Below are positions 9,831 through 20,500 of a stretch of 64,000 bases of DNA, in pieces (positions within the stretch are counted from its first letter, which is position 1; every line of letters starts with the position of its first letter). Source of the stretch: Candidatus Binatia bacterium (lineage in GTDB: Bacteria > Desulfobacterota > Binatia > UBA12015); assembly GCA_029243485.1 (NCBI GenBank), contig JAQWRY010000011.1, positions 77,228 through 141,227 on the forward strand, written 5' to 3'. A program made the translations under genes and the position numbers. The notes below the pieces were generated by a model that was not told where the DNA came from, did no database searches, and was given only the letters and a program-made list of their open reading frames with translations.

Positions 9831-10148
9831 ATGCTTCACGACTTCCAGAACGGCGCGAGCACGATGACTCTCGCCGACGGCCTCGCCGGGTACCACGCGA
9901 GCCGCGACGACCTCACCAGGGGCCGCGGCCTCTCCCCGCAGGCCCAAGAGTTCTTCCGCTGCCACGACACCGCCCACGTCCTCTTCGGCACCAACGCCGG
10001 CTTCCGCCAACTCCTGTCCGACTAAAACCTCCCCGAGTCCCAGGAGATCTACGCGACCCTTGCTTGGGACGACTTCGAGGAATTCCTCCAAGTAAGCCTC
10101 GCAGAGTTGCGCTCCAACTTCCGCGTCGAAGTCCTGACGGTTCGTTGA
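9831..10148 (+). pseudogene. Collapsed remnant of a small HDxxH protein
   Basis: FRCHDTAHVLFG; in-frame TAA 10023-10025, then NLPESQEIYATLAWDDFEEFLQVSLAELRSNFRVEV to TGA 10148. Confidence 0.55.
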
Positions 10149-10362
10149 GTAGAACCGTTCCTTGAGTGGGGACGTTCCTTAATCTCGACGATTTCTTTAC
10201 TCGTCACTCTCGTGACGGGTGCTTTCGGAAACTCGTTTTGATTTCGGTCGGGCACGGGGGGCATTACCGTGCCCGGGTCGTACCCATCAGCCCCGCCGAA
10301 CGCCTCGACACCGCCGGCAGGGCAATCTCGTCTCGCCTTGCTATACGATGAGGCATCATCCG

Positions 10363-11151
10363 ATGGGACTCCTGAACGCAGCGCAGCAAGAACAGTGGAA
10401 GACGCACGGGTATTTCTCGCTGCCGGGCGAGCTCGGTCCGGAGACGGTCCAGGAACTCACGCGGTGGGTCGAGGAGGTTGCCTCCTGGTCGATTCCGAAG
10501 GAACCGGGGCTGCACCACACCGAGGACATCGACGGGGAGGAACGACTCGCGCGCTCCGAAGACTTCGATCCGTATCACGCGGGGCTGTCGGCCTTCATGC
10601 GCGACGGCGTAATCGCTCGCGTCCTCGAGGAGTTGTTCGGCGAGCCCGCCGTGTTGTTCAAGGAGAAGATCAACTTCAAGTACCCCGGAGGGGGCGGCTT
10701 CGCTCCGCATCAAGACGCGCCGGCCTACCGGTTCATCGACCACCACATCTCGTGCATGGTTCCGATAGACCCGTCGACCATCGAGAGCGGGTGCCTGTAC
10801 TTCGCGCCGGGCTACGACGAGGGGCTGCTTCCCAACGCCGCCGGCCGCATTGACGAGACGTGGCTGAGCGGGGCCCGGTGGGAGCCGCTCGAAGCCATGC
10901 CGGGCGATCTGGTGTTTTTCGACTCCTACGCCCCGCACAAGAGCGGTACGAACGGCTCGAAGGCACCGCGTCGGCTTATGTACCTCACCTACAACAGCGC
11001 CTCGAAGGGCGACTTCCGGGAAACCTACTACGCCGACAAGCGCTCTGAGCTCAGAACGGAAGGCCAGGAAGGGGCGTCCGGACACGTCCGCATCTCAATC
11101 AACGACGACTTCCTCGGCAAACCCGTGACCGAGCGAACCCAACCACGCTGA
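10363..11151 (+). CDS. Phytanoyl-CoA dioxygenase-family Fe(II)/2OG dioxygenase, PhnY-like
   Basis: LFKEKINFKYPGGGGFAPHQD (HxD), FDSYAPHKS, YLTYN, YYADKR. Confidence 0.8.
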   Translation: MGLLNAAQQEQWKTHGYFSLPGELGPETVQELTRWVEEVASWSIPKEPGLHHTEDIDGEERLARSEDFDPYHAGLSAFMRDGVIARVLEELFGEPAVLFKEKINFKYPGGGGFAPHQDAPAYRFIDHHISCMVPIDPSTIESGCLYFAPGYDEGLLPNAAGRIDETWLSGARWEPLEAMPGDLVFFDSYAPHKSGTNGSKAPRRLMYLTYNSASKGDFRETYYADKRSELRTEGQEGASGHVRISINDDFLGKPVTERTQPR

Positions 11152-11167
11152 TCGCCCGACCTGGGCG

Positions 11168-11410
11168 TCACCGCCGAACGATGTGCTGGCGCGGGAACGG
11201 AGCCGAGTGTTCCCATTCGGCAAGCAGAGACCGCAGCGCCGTCACCAATGAGAGCGGCTGATCGAGCATCATGTGATGGCCGGCGAGCGAGATCTCGACC
11301 ACCGGGGCAACACGACCCAACGCGTCGTACATGATGGCACCTACCTGCGCGGTGACGAGGCCGAACTCCGATCGAATCAGCGCAACGCGGCCGCCGTGAA
11401 TCAGGACGAA
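11168..11410 (-). pseudogene. C-terminal remnant of an alpha/beta hydrolase
   Basis: RVALIRSEFGLV...AGHHMMLDQPLSLVTALRSLLAEW; no nucleophile region or start; 5' limit approximate. Confidence 0.65.
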
Positions 11411-11621
11411 CCCCGGCTGGCCCCCTCCCCCCACGCCATCCGGTGAATCGAGCAACCGCTCACCGTGATTTCGTCCTCTTCGGCTTGGACGGCGAGCGCC
11501 TGAGCCAGCTACTGCGGGGCGTCTTCGGAAGCCATACCGCAAGGATGGAGATGGCGGGCCGACGCGATGCCGCCGCAGGTGCCGGCTGGAGGCGGGCCCC
11601 GGGCTGCGGTATGCCCACCAC

Positions 11622-12032
11622 GTGGGCAAGAACTGGATCCCATCCGCATTCCTTCTCTGTGCATTCGTCGTCGGCCTCGCCGCTTGCGGCGACGGCGCGA
11701 TGACCGCGGTCGGTATGGCCGCGGGATGGGTCGGCGCGGCTCCAGACCCCCGAGTGGCTGCGATCGCTCCGATCTCGGCCGTGACCGACGGCGATCTCCA
11801 CCAAGGCACGCAAACGGGACCGAACGCCGGCTTCTCCCGCGAACCGTTGGAGAGCATCGTCGTACCCACACTCCTCATCGGTGGCGCGGCGGACGTCGGC
11901 GCCGAAACACTTCTCGAACCGTACACCACGACCTGCGGCCCCGACGTCCTTTCGATCACCGAGGCCACCGGTCTCACCAACCTGTACGTGGTCTCGTTCT
12001 TCAAGCGGCACCTCCACGGGGAAGCGGCGTAG
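11622..12032 (+). pseudogene. Collapsed lipoprotein alpha/beta hydrolase
   Basis: Lipobox LAAC joined directly to post-nucleophile segment DPRVAAIAPIS, VPTLLIGG and C-terminal SFFKRHL; GxSxG absent. Confidence 0.6.
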
Positions 12033-12132
12033 CGTAGTTCCTCACGGAACAGTACGCAGGCACCGAACCCCAAGTCCGGTTCTCGACGAAATAGACCCGG
12101 CGCGTCCCCATCGAATCGAAAAGGAGCCCCCC

Positions 12133-12861
12133 ATGGCAACGAGCGGCGAAACGATCAAATACAATGCAGGTGGAACCGAGCTGATCGGTTGGGCCGAAAC
12201 TGGAACGGGAAGCACTCCGCGTCCCGGCGTCCTCGTCGTGCACGAATGGTGGGGGCTGAACGACTACGTCAAAGGCCGCGCGCAGCAGCTTGCCGCGCTG
12301 GGCTACGAGGCTCTCGCCGTCGACATGTACGGCGGTGGCCAGACCGCCGCCAACCCCGAGGAAGCCAACGGCCTCATGTCGGCCGCCCTCGGCGACGTCC
12401 CTGCCCTAGAGCAACGCTTCCAGGCCGCCGTCGATGCACTCAAGGCCCGGCCCGGGGTCGACGGCTCGAAGATCGCAGCGATCGGCTACTGCTTCGGCGG
12501 CGCGGTCGTTCTTCATGCCGCCCGTATCGGTCTGCCCCTGGCGGGCGTCACGAGCTTCCACGGCTCGCTCGGCTCGTTCCACAAGCCGGCGCCGGGAAGC
12601 GTGCAGGCGAAGGTCCTGGTCTGCCACGGTGCCGCGGACGCCCTCGTGCCAGAGGAAGACGTCGCCGCGTTCAAGGCGGAGATGGACGCCGCCGGGGCCG
12701 ACTACCGCTTCGAAGCGTACCCCGGCGCCTTCCACAGCTTCTCGAATTCCGACGCGACCGCGGCCGGCGAGAAGTACGGCATGCCGCTCAAGTACGACGC
12801 AGACGCCGATGCCCGCTCGTGGGCCGACATGAGCGCGTTCTTCGGCAAGATCTTCGGCTGA
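12133..12861 (+). CDS. Dienelactone hydrolase family protein
   Basis: HEWWGLND, GYCFGG, SFHG, HGAAD, HSFSN; RBS AAGGAG. Confidence 0.92.
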   Translation: MATSGETIKYNAGGTELIGWAETGTGSTPRPGVLVVHEWWGLNDYVKGRAQQLAALGYEALAVDMYGGGQTAANPEEANGLMSAALGDVPALEQRFQAAVDALKARPGVDGSKIAAIGYCFGGAVVLHAARIGLPLAGVTSFHGSLGSFHKPAPGSVQAKVLVCHGAADALVPEEDVAAFKAEMDAAGADYRFEAYPGAFHSFSNSDATAAGEKYGMPLKYDADADARSWADMSAFFGKIFG

Positions 12862-12881
12862 GCGCTGCGCCTCCGCGCCCC

Positions 12882-13427
12882 ACGACGACCGATCCGGCAC
12901 TCCACCTCGACTTGTACGGCGTCGGTGTTCGCATCACCGCCAAGGACTAAGAGGTCCTCGGACGCATCGAGCGTGACTTCACGTTCTTCCGCGCGAACGC
13001 GACCGATGGAACGCCGGATCTGGTCATCGAAGCTCGGCTGGAAGAACCGCGCTTGGGCGGGATTCCGGCGCTTCGGGCGTCGGTCTTCACTCCCCGAAAC
13101 ATCTGTTACTCCGACGGGCCACGCACCTGGATGGACTACGCAGGGCGCGCCCTCGCGCTCTACGATCGCGACCGGCCAACGTTCAAGGCTTGGTCCACTG
13201 ACCTGCACCTCCTGCATGCGATCGGGAACCGGGAGTGGCTCTGGCAACGGCCGTATACTAACTTTGAGCTACAGCACCGATGGGACCGCCCCACCGCCGG
13301 ACACAAGCCCGATTCCGGCTTTCTCGGCGTTGGGCTGAACGGAGCGGGCAGCGGGCCTGCACTCCTCGGCCCAGGCAGTGTCCCGATCGAGCTCGATTCT
13401 GTCGACAGCGGAGCGGGAGACGGGTAA
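12882..13427 (+). pseudogene. Remnant of an HPr-kinase-like protein
   Basis: LHLDLYGVGVRI..KD*(TAA 12948)EVLGRIERDFTFF...DLHLLHAIG; no ATG (ACG at 12882) and no P-loop. Confidence 0.45.
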
Positions 13428-13437
13428 CAGCGAGATC

Positions 13438-13920
13438 ATGACGGGTATCGAGCGGATGTCCGGCGACCGGGTGGTCGATCGGTGGGAGATCCAAGACCTG
13501 ACCAACGCCTACGCGGACGCGGTAGACGGACACGACTGGCCGCGATTCGGAGCGCTTTTCACTCCGGATGCCCGGATCGACTATCGCGAAGCCGGCGGCA
13601 TCGCCGGAACCCCCGCCGAGCTCGGGGCCTGGATGCCGCAGGCGATGGCCGCCTTCAAATGGAGCCTGCACTCCATGTCGACGCACACCGTGGTTTTCGA
13701 GAAGGCAGACGCCGCTCGGGGGACTCTGCACGTCCTCGCCCGACACGGCGTCGACTTCGAGGGAACAGAAGAGCTGATGGACGTCGGCGCGATCTACGAG
13801 GACCGCTATGTCCGCACGGCGGCCGGCTGGCGCTTCGCGGAGCGCATCGAACGAACCAAGTACATCGTCGGTGGTCGGTTTGCCGATCTCGTGCGCCAAG
13901 CAGCCAGCGGTGGCAAATGA
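13438..13920 (+). CDS. SnoaL-like/NTF2-family protein
   Basis: DRWEIQDLTNAYADAVD...LFTPDARIDY...YEDRYVRTAAGWRFAER; alternative start 13456. Confidence 0.88.
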   Translation: MTGIERMSGDRVVDRWEIQDLTNAYADAVDGHDWPRFGALFTPDARIDYREAGGIAGTPAELGAWMPQAMAAFKWSLHSMSTHTVVFEKADAARGTLHVLARHGVDFEGTEELMDVGAIYEDRYVRTAAGWRFAERIERTKYIVGGRFADLVRQAASGGK

Positions 13921-15008
13921 CTGGACCCATCTCCTTCCCGACGAGCGTAGAGGAGCTGAGGACCGACCTCCTGACCGCCGTTCTCTCGGCCCGAACCCCC
14001 GGTGTGATCGTCGACGGCTTCGAGGTCGTGGTCACGAAGCACGCCGGAGAAGGGGTCGCCTCCACCGCAGACCGAGTCGTGCTCGAACTCACGTATGGCG
14101 CCGGCTCACCGCCGGGGCTCCCGACCAGATTGATCCTGAAGACGATGCTCGTCGGCCCACACGCCCCGCCGGAGATGTACGAGACGGAGGTCCGCTTCTA
14201 CGACGAGATTCGACCAGGCCTCGACGCGGAGATGCCACAGGCATTCGGTTGTCACTTCGCACCCGAGTCGGGCTCGTTCGGACTTCTCATGGAAGACCTC
14301 GAGAAGCGCGACGCGCGCTTCCCGAATGCCCTCGACACCGTCACGCTGCCCGAGATCGAATCCCTGCTCACGCAGCTCGCCACGGTCCACGCTCGCTTCT
14401 GGCGCAGCCCACGCCTCCGCACCGATCTCGCGTGGGTCCCCACGCCGATGCAGGGTGGGATGGCCGACATCTTCACGAAGTTCGGCCGCGAATTCGTGCA
14501 GAGCCAGGTGGATCAGCATCCGTTCAAGCAGGAGCTCATCGCGCCGCTCGGACGATCGGTCTCCGAGCTCTGGGAGCTGCTGACCCGCGTTCGGGAGGAG
14601 CAGACCGCTCTGCCCCCGACCCTACTTCATGGCGACCCACACATCGGGAACACATATCTCCTGCCTGGCGAGCGTGGCGGACTCCTCGACTTCCAGCTTC
14701 TGACGCGAGGCTGCTTCGCCCACGACGTGATCTACCTGATGGTGACCGGGCTCGCGACGGAGGTCCGCCGCACCCACCAGCGCTCGCTCCTCGAACACTA
14801 CCTCGACCGACTCCGCGCCGCCGGCGTCACCGACCCTCCCGAGGCCGAAGAGGCCTGGCTCCTGTGCCGAAAGGCGTCCCTGTGGGGGCTCGTGATCGGA
14901 TGGCTGATCTGCCCGCCGGCGAACTACGGCGTCGAGATTACGACCGAGAACATCGCGCGGACCGTCGCCGCAGTTCAGGACCTGGACGCCATCGCCGCAA
15001 TCACTTGA
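13917..15008 (+). CDS. Ecdysteroid-kinase-like/APH-family phosphotransferase
   Basis: ATGA overlap with SnoaL gene; EVRFY, LLMEDL, TLLHGDPHIGN, LLDFQ. Confidence 0.85.
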   Translation: MTGPISFPTSVEELRTDLLTAVLSARTPGVIVDGFEVVVTKHAGEGVASTADRVVLELTYGAGSPPGLPTRLILKTMLVGPHAPPEMYETEVRFYDEIRPGLDAEMPQAFGCHFAPESGSFGLLMEDLEKRDARFPNALDTVTLPEIESLLTQLATVHARFWRSPRLRTDLAWVPTPMQGGMADIFTKFGREFVQSQVDQHPFKQELIAPLGRSVSELWELLTRVREEQTALPPTLLHGDPHIGNTYLLPGERGGLLDFQLLTRGCFAHDVIYLMVTGLATEVRRTHQRSLLEHYLDRLRAAGVTDPPEAEEAWLLCRKASLWGLVIGWLICPPANYGVEITTENIARTVAAVQDLDAIAAIT

Positions 15009-16479
15009 GAGCCTTGCGGCGCGACAGCTCCGCCACGATCTCCCGGTACCGCTCGCGCGTGATCGGATACTTTCGCAGGAACGACAGCGCGACCAGATTG
15101 AGCACGATGATCCACGGGCCGACGGCCCAACCCAGCAGGTCGACCTTGTTCTGCGGCACCGTCCCCGGAATCGCCCGGGCCGGGAACGCGATGAGTTGCA
15201 GCGTGATGCCGCCGAGAAGATTCCCTACGCCGGAGACCGCCTTCCCTGCGAACGCGATCGCCGCGACGAACACCCCTTCCTGACGCTCGCCCGTGATCAG
15301 TTCGTTCTCGTCGACGGAGTCCTGAATCATCGACCGCATGAGGATCATCAGCGCCAGGAAGCTACCGAGGCTGATCGCCGCATGGCCGGCGATGATCGGC
15401 AGAAGCCGCGGATCGCCGTTCTCCGGGAGGATATGGAGAAATCGCGCGAAGATCGGCAGCGGCGAGAAGACGATCGCGAAGGCCATGAGCCCGGTCGCGG
15501 CGCGTCGTTTGTCGAGGAACAGGCTGATCTGTCGGGCCGCAACGACCGCGACCGGTACTGCAAGAACGACCATGCCCAGCAGGACCGCCTGATCGGAATC
15601 GTCGAACTCCCAGAAGTACGTCGTCATGTACAGGCGGAAGGCCTCGTCGAACCCCATTCCGATCGCGCCGATCATCGTGGCGATCAGGATCATCCGATAC
15701 GAATGGTTCCCCCACGCCTCGCGCAGATCACTCACCAACCGCGTCGAACTGAACGACGACTGGGGCTTCCGCAGGCTTGGAATCAGGTTGTGCGTTCCTA
15801 CCGTGCAGACGAGGATCGCAACGAACGCCATCACCGCTGCTGCCGTCGCGACCGAGACGTACGCCTGCGGATCGTTGCGGCCGCCTTCGAAGTTCGGAAA
15901 GAACATCGTCCACGCCACGAGCGCCAAGCCGACGGTCCCACCGAACTCGAAGAGAGCCCGCAGGCCGGCGATCGTGGTGCGCTCGTCGTAGTCATCCGTC
16001 AACTCAGGAGCGAGAGCGTCGCTCGGCACCTGGTACAGGGTGAGCGAGAGCCGGACCGCGATCGACAGGACCGTGAGCCAGACGAACAGACCGGCCGTAC
16101 CGAGACCTTCGGGAGGACTCAGAAGGCCGTAGAGACTCAGCGCGACAGGAAGTGCCGCCATGTACATGAAGAGATGACGCCGCCCGAAGCGAGAGCGGAA
16201 GTGATCGGAGATGGAACCCATCAGCGGATCGCTCACCGCATCGACGCACATCGTGAGAAACACCGACAAGCCCGCCATGGCTCCGGGCAAGCCCAGAACG
16301 TTGGTCTCGTAGTACAGCAGGAAGATGTCGAAGACGGCGTTCTTCGCACCGACGGCGAGCGAGCCACTTCCGTAGAGGAGCTTCGTCGAAAACGGTACGG
16401 ATGCATTGCGTTTCATGGCGGGAAGCGCCGTGGGCGGCCGCGACTGCGAAGCCTCTGCCGCCGATACGCTGAGCTTCAT
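15001..16479 (-). CDS. MFS transporter, MelB/GPH family
   Basis: DAVSDPLMGSISD, FGRRH, ELTDDYDERT, ERQEGVF; many TM segments; start may be 16416. Confidence 0.88.
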   Translation of the reverse strand: MKLSVSAAEASQSRPPTALPAMKRNASVPFSTKLLYGSGSLAVGAKNAVFDIFLLYYETNVLGLPGAMAGLSVFLTMCVDAVSDPLMGSISDHFRSRFGRRHLFMYMAALPVALSLYGLLSPPEGLGTAGLFVWLTVLSIAVRLSLTLYQVPSDALAPELTDDYDERTTIAGLRALFEFGGTVGLALVAWTMFFPNFEGGRNDPQAYVSVATAAAVMAFVAILVCTVGTHNLIPSLRKPQSSFSSTRLVSDLREAWGNHSYRMILIATMIGAIGMGFDEAFRLYMTTYFWEFDDSDQAVLLGMVVLAVPVAVVAARQISLFLDKRRAATGLMAFAIVFSPLPIFARFLHILPENGDPRLLPIIAGHAAISLGSFLALMILMRSMIQDSVDENELITGERQEGVFVAAIAFAGKAVSGVGNLLGGITLQLIAFPARAIPGTVPQNKVDLLGWAVGPWIIVLNLVALSFLRKYPITRERYREIVAELSRRKALK

Positions 16480-16565
16480 GAATCTCAGACGCGCGAAGGA
16501 AGCAAAAGGTTGAACCCGACGCCAATCTTGACCGAAGAAAGCCCCACCGCATATGAATCGCTGCG

Positions 16566-16907
16566 GTGATCGACTTCGAAGCGGAACTACGGGAGGCGTT
16601 CGACCCGACCGCCGGAACTCTTACGGTCTCGGATGTCTGGGAGGGCTTTCCCGCAACGGCCTTCGGCGGATTCGTTGCCGCCGCAAGCCTGGTCGCGGTC
16701 TCCGGAGCCGCGGAACACCCCCGCCCCCTGAGCTTCTCCACCCGATTCCATCGACCGGTCCCGGCCGGGCGAGCGGTTAAGGTGGAAATCGAACCAGAGC
16801 GCCTCGGCCGGCTTGTCGATGCGCTGACCGCGCCGGTCCAGAGTGACGGCAAGCTCCTCGCCGCGGAGGGAACGAGCCAGGCAGCGCTCGTTCCCATGCT
16901 GACGTGA
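16566..16907 (+). pseudogene. Truncated TesB-like thioesterase (N-terminal hotdog domain only)
   Basis: WEGFPATAFGGFVAA, FHRPVPAG, ERLGR; only 113 aa. Confidence 0.5.
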
Positions 16908-17542
16908 GCGACCCGATCGTGAGCGATCCCTCGGAGCTCGCACCTCACCTCGTTCGCAGGTCCGACGAATCGGACGATCGTAGGTTCTACCAGCAACCGC
17001 GCCTGGTCACCCACGTCGACGATGCCACGATCGCCGCACTCACGAAGGTGTACCGCGATAGGATCCCGGCCGGCGCATCGATCCTCGACTTCATGTCGTC
17101 GTGGATCTCGCACCTCCCTTCGGATATCGACTACGAACGGGTCGCCGGGCAGGGCATGAACGCAGTCGAACTCGGTGAGAACCCTAGACTCACCGACCGC
17201 CTGGTCCATGACCTCAACGCCGCGCCGACGCTCCCCTACGAAGACGAGTCGTTCGACTTCGCGATCAGCGCCTTCTCGGCGCAGTACCTCACGCAGCCGG
17301 TCACGGTGTTCTTCTCGATCGCGAAAAAACTTCGGCCCGCCGGGACCATTCTCGTCGCGGTGTCGCACCGCGTGTTCCCGACCAAGGCCATCCATGCCTG
17401 GCAGGCCCTGCCGCCGAGCGAGCGCCCCCGACTCGTCGAAAAATGCTTCGAGCAGGCCGGACGGTTCACTGACATCGAAACCACCGATCACTCACCCACA
17501 GGCGCCGACCCTCTATGGATCGTCAGCGCACGGAAAGCGTGA
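16904..17542 (+). CDS. Class I SAM-dependent methyltransferase
   Basis: DDRRFYQQPRLVTHVDD, LDFMSSWISHLP, GMNAVEL, DLN, FPTKA. Confidence 0.88.
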   Translation: MSDPIVSDPSELAPHLVRRSDESDDRRFYQQPRLVTHVDDATIAALTKVYRDRIPAGASILDFMSSWISHLPSDIDYERVAGQGMNAVELGENPRLTDRLVHDLNAAPTLPYEDESFDFAISAFSAQYLTQPVTVFFSIAKKLRPAGTILVAVSHRVFPTKAIHAWQALPPSERPRLVEKCFEQAGRFTDIETTDHSPTGADPLWIVSARKA

Positions 17543-17565
17543 CCGGAACCGGAAGCCAGCACCGT

Positions 17566-20500
17566 TCAAGGCTCGACCTCTATTTCGACGATGTCCGTCA
17601 GCTCGGCGGAAAACTCGTCCGCGGGCCACGTCGCCGTGATCGTCGCGGTGCCGACGCCCACCATCTGCCCCCAGTTCGGCTGGAGCCCCGCGTCGGCGCC
17701 CATCGCAAGGACGGCCGGGTTCGACGACGTCCACGTGGGAATCTGGTTCACCCCCTGCGTTGCCCCGGAGGCGTACTCGACGCGCGCCTTCAGTTTCAAC
17801 GGCTCGCCCACCTGGCCTCGGAACACGCCATCCTTGTCGGCCTCGGGGACGCTCTCGAAGATCCTCAGGTCGACCCGAACTTTGCGCGCGGTGATGACGC
17901 CCTCGGCACTGAAGCCGAAGGCCACGTCGTATGCCGTCACCGTGACGATCCCGTCGTCGAGCCCGGTCACCCGGCCCCCGTTCGGCCCCGTCGACTCGAC
18001 GCTAAGCGCCGCGGGGTCTCCCGACGTCCACTGGGATTTCGCAGTGACGTCGACCTCGTGGCCGTCGGTATAGATCCGGAACGAGCGCAGATTCCGGCCG
18101 TCGGGATAGTCGACGTTCGCCTTTTTTGGACGAACCTCGATGCGTGCGACGGAAGCGGCGTGGCACCTCACGGTCGTGTCGCCCAACGTGTCCGTCGACG
18201 TGAGCAGCGGAGCGGGATCGATCACAAAGATGCTGGAGGAACCGATCGAACGGCAGGTGACGAGGCCCGACTGCGTAACCGCCACCGCCGTCGGATTCGT
18301 CGAGAACCAGAGAAGATCGTCCGTGCGATCCACGACCCCGCCCCCGTCAAGAAGCCCGAGTCCGTACAATCGGGCGGTCTGCCCCGCATCGAGGAGACTC
18401 CGACGCGGACTTTCGCGCAACCCCGGCTCCGGGGACACCTGGAACCCGACGAGCGTACGACCCACGACAACGACCGCGCGCTCGAGACCCACCGACGCGA
18501 TGCCCGTATCCCGATGGGTGGCGATCACCCGCGTGTCGCCGTCGGCATTCGCCCGGACAAGAGCGCCGCGAGCGATCGACGCCACGGCCGTCGAGCCGAC
18601 GGACCAATCCACCTCACTGGTCAGATCGACCACGCTCCCGTCCGAATAGTGACCGAGCGCCTGGAACACCTGCGTGCCCGCAACCGAGAGTGCGACGGCG
18701 CGCGGCTCCACCGAGACGGACACGAGCCCCGTCACGACGTGGACCACACCGCTCTTCGCGTCGGAACGGGTTCGCGATCCCCGATCACTCGCTTCGATGA
18801 TCGCGATGCCCTCCGCGCGAGCGATCACCCTGCCCGGCACATCTCCATCGAGCTCTGCGAGATCGGGATCCAGCGACCGCCAGCGAAGAGTCGCCGTTTC
18901 GTCGAAGGGCCCCGTTCCGTCGTTATAGGTCGCGGTCGCGCCAAGATCGATCACCTGCCCGACCTCGACGACGTTTGACGCCGGATCGACGACGATCCGC
19001 TGGTGCGAACGCACCGTGACGGGCAGCCACGCCGTGACTCCCGTTGCCGGATGCACCACTTCGATCGTCGCAATCCCGGGGCGACGACCGCGAACGAGCC
19101 CGCTCGCTCGAGCATGCGCCACGCGGCGTTGAGCGGACCGAAGCTGAAGATCTCCGATCGGAATCGGAACGGTGGAGCCGTCGACCAGCACGCCCTCCAC
19201 CGAGAACACCTGGTCAGCCCGCTTCGCGACGACGAGGTGGCTTGGGTCGAACCGCAGCCCCACCAGTTCGGCCGGATCCTCGACCGGAGCCGAACCGATG
19301 GCCAGGCGCCCGGTAGTCGCATCGGAGCTCATGCCGGAGACAGGATCAACCACGCGAAGGACGGCGAGGCCATCGGACAGTCCGGTCGCGAGTCCCTTGT
19401 TGATGCCGTCGTCGACCTCCCCGATGCCGGCTCCGGATGCGACGTCCCACACGACGCGCGCGGTGACGTCGACGTTCGTCTGGCCGTCATCGAAGTCCGC
19501 AAGCGCCGTGAACGGGCCCTGCTCTCCCACGAGGAGGCTCGTCCTCGCCGGCGAGATCCGGAGCCGGAGCATCCGCGTGACCTCGATGCGACCCTTCATC
19601 CGTCCGCTCCGACCCGACAGCGGATCGTGCGCATGCACGGTCGTACGTCCTTCCGCCCAAGCCGTAACCACGCCCGAATCGATCGTCGCCACGCCGCGAT
19701 TCCGAACGCGGAGCACGACGCGGTCGGTCACGTCCGTCATCGAGCCGTCGTGATGGACGGCGGTGACGAGAAGCGGTGCACTGTCGCCCGGCAGAAGACG
19801 AACGATGGCCGGATCGAACACCAGATCCCGGATCTGTTCGACAAACGGGGTGAACTCCGGTGTCGGCGTCGCGGACGGCCCCGGCGTCGGCGTGGGAGCC
19901 AAGACCGTGATCTCCCCTTCACTTACCGGGGAGGCAATGCCCGTCACCCCATGCACGGCGGAGATATTCGCAGTGCCGGGAAACATCCCGGTCACCCGGC
20001 CGCGCGTCCCCGCGACGCCCGAGACGACGGCGACAGAAGCCTGATCCGACGACCAGAGCACTTCCTCGGACACGTCCGCACCCAGGCCATTGTCGAAGGT
20101 TGCGAGCGCGGCCAGAGGAAGCTCTTGTGCGATCATCAACTGGGCGCTCGCCGGGCTGAGGTGGAGCTGCTCCATCTCTCCGACCCAGATCTCCGGACGA
20201 TCGGACGTCGACCGCCCCGAGGGGACGTGGTCCACTCGGATGCTCGCGGTGCCGGGCGACAGCGCGTACACGCGCCCCGCGCTGTCCACCGACGCGATCG
20301 CCGGACGGTTGCTCTGATACGTTACCTCGGACGTGATGTCGCGGATCGTGTCATCGTCGAACTCGCCGAGAACGGTGAGTGCGACGACGTCGCCGATGAG
20401 CGCCGCCGCCGCCTCCGGCGACGCGATCACCTCCAACAGCTCCGCATTCGGGTCGGGGGCCGGTTCGACGGTCACCACCGCCGCGTCGTCCTCCGACTCC

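Noticed and set aside
10200..10275. Two short hairpins (CGTCAC/GTGACG and CGGGCACGG/CCGTGCCCG) in an AT-richer gap
   Set aside because: No U-tract, no second copy noticed, no recognisable RNA family
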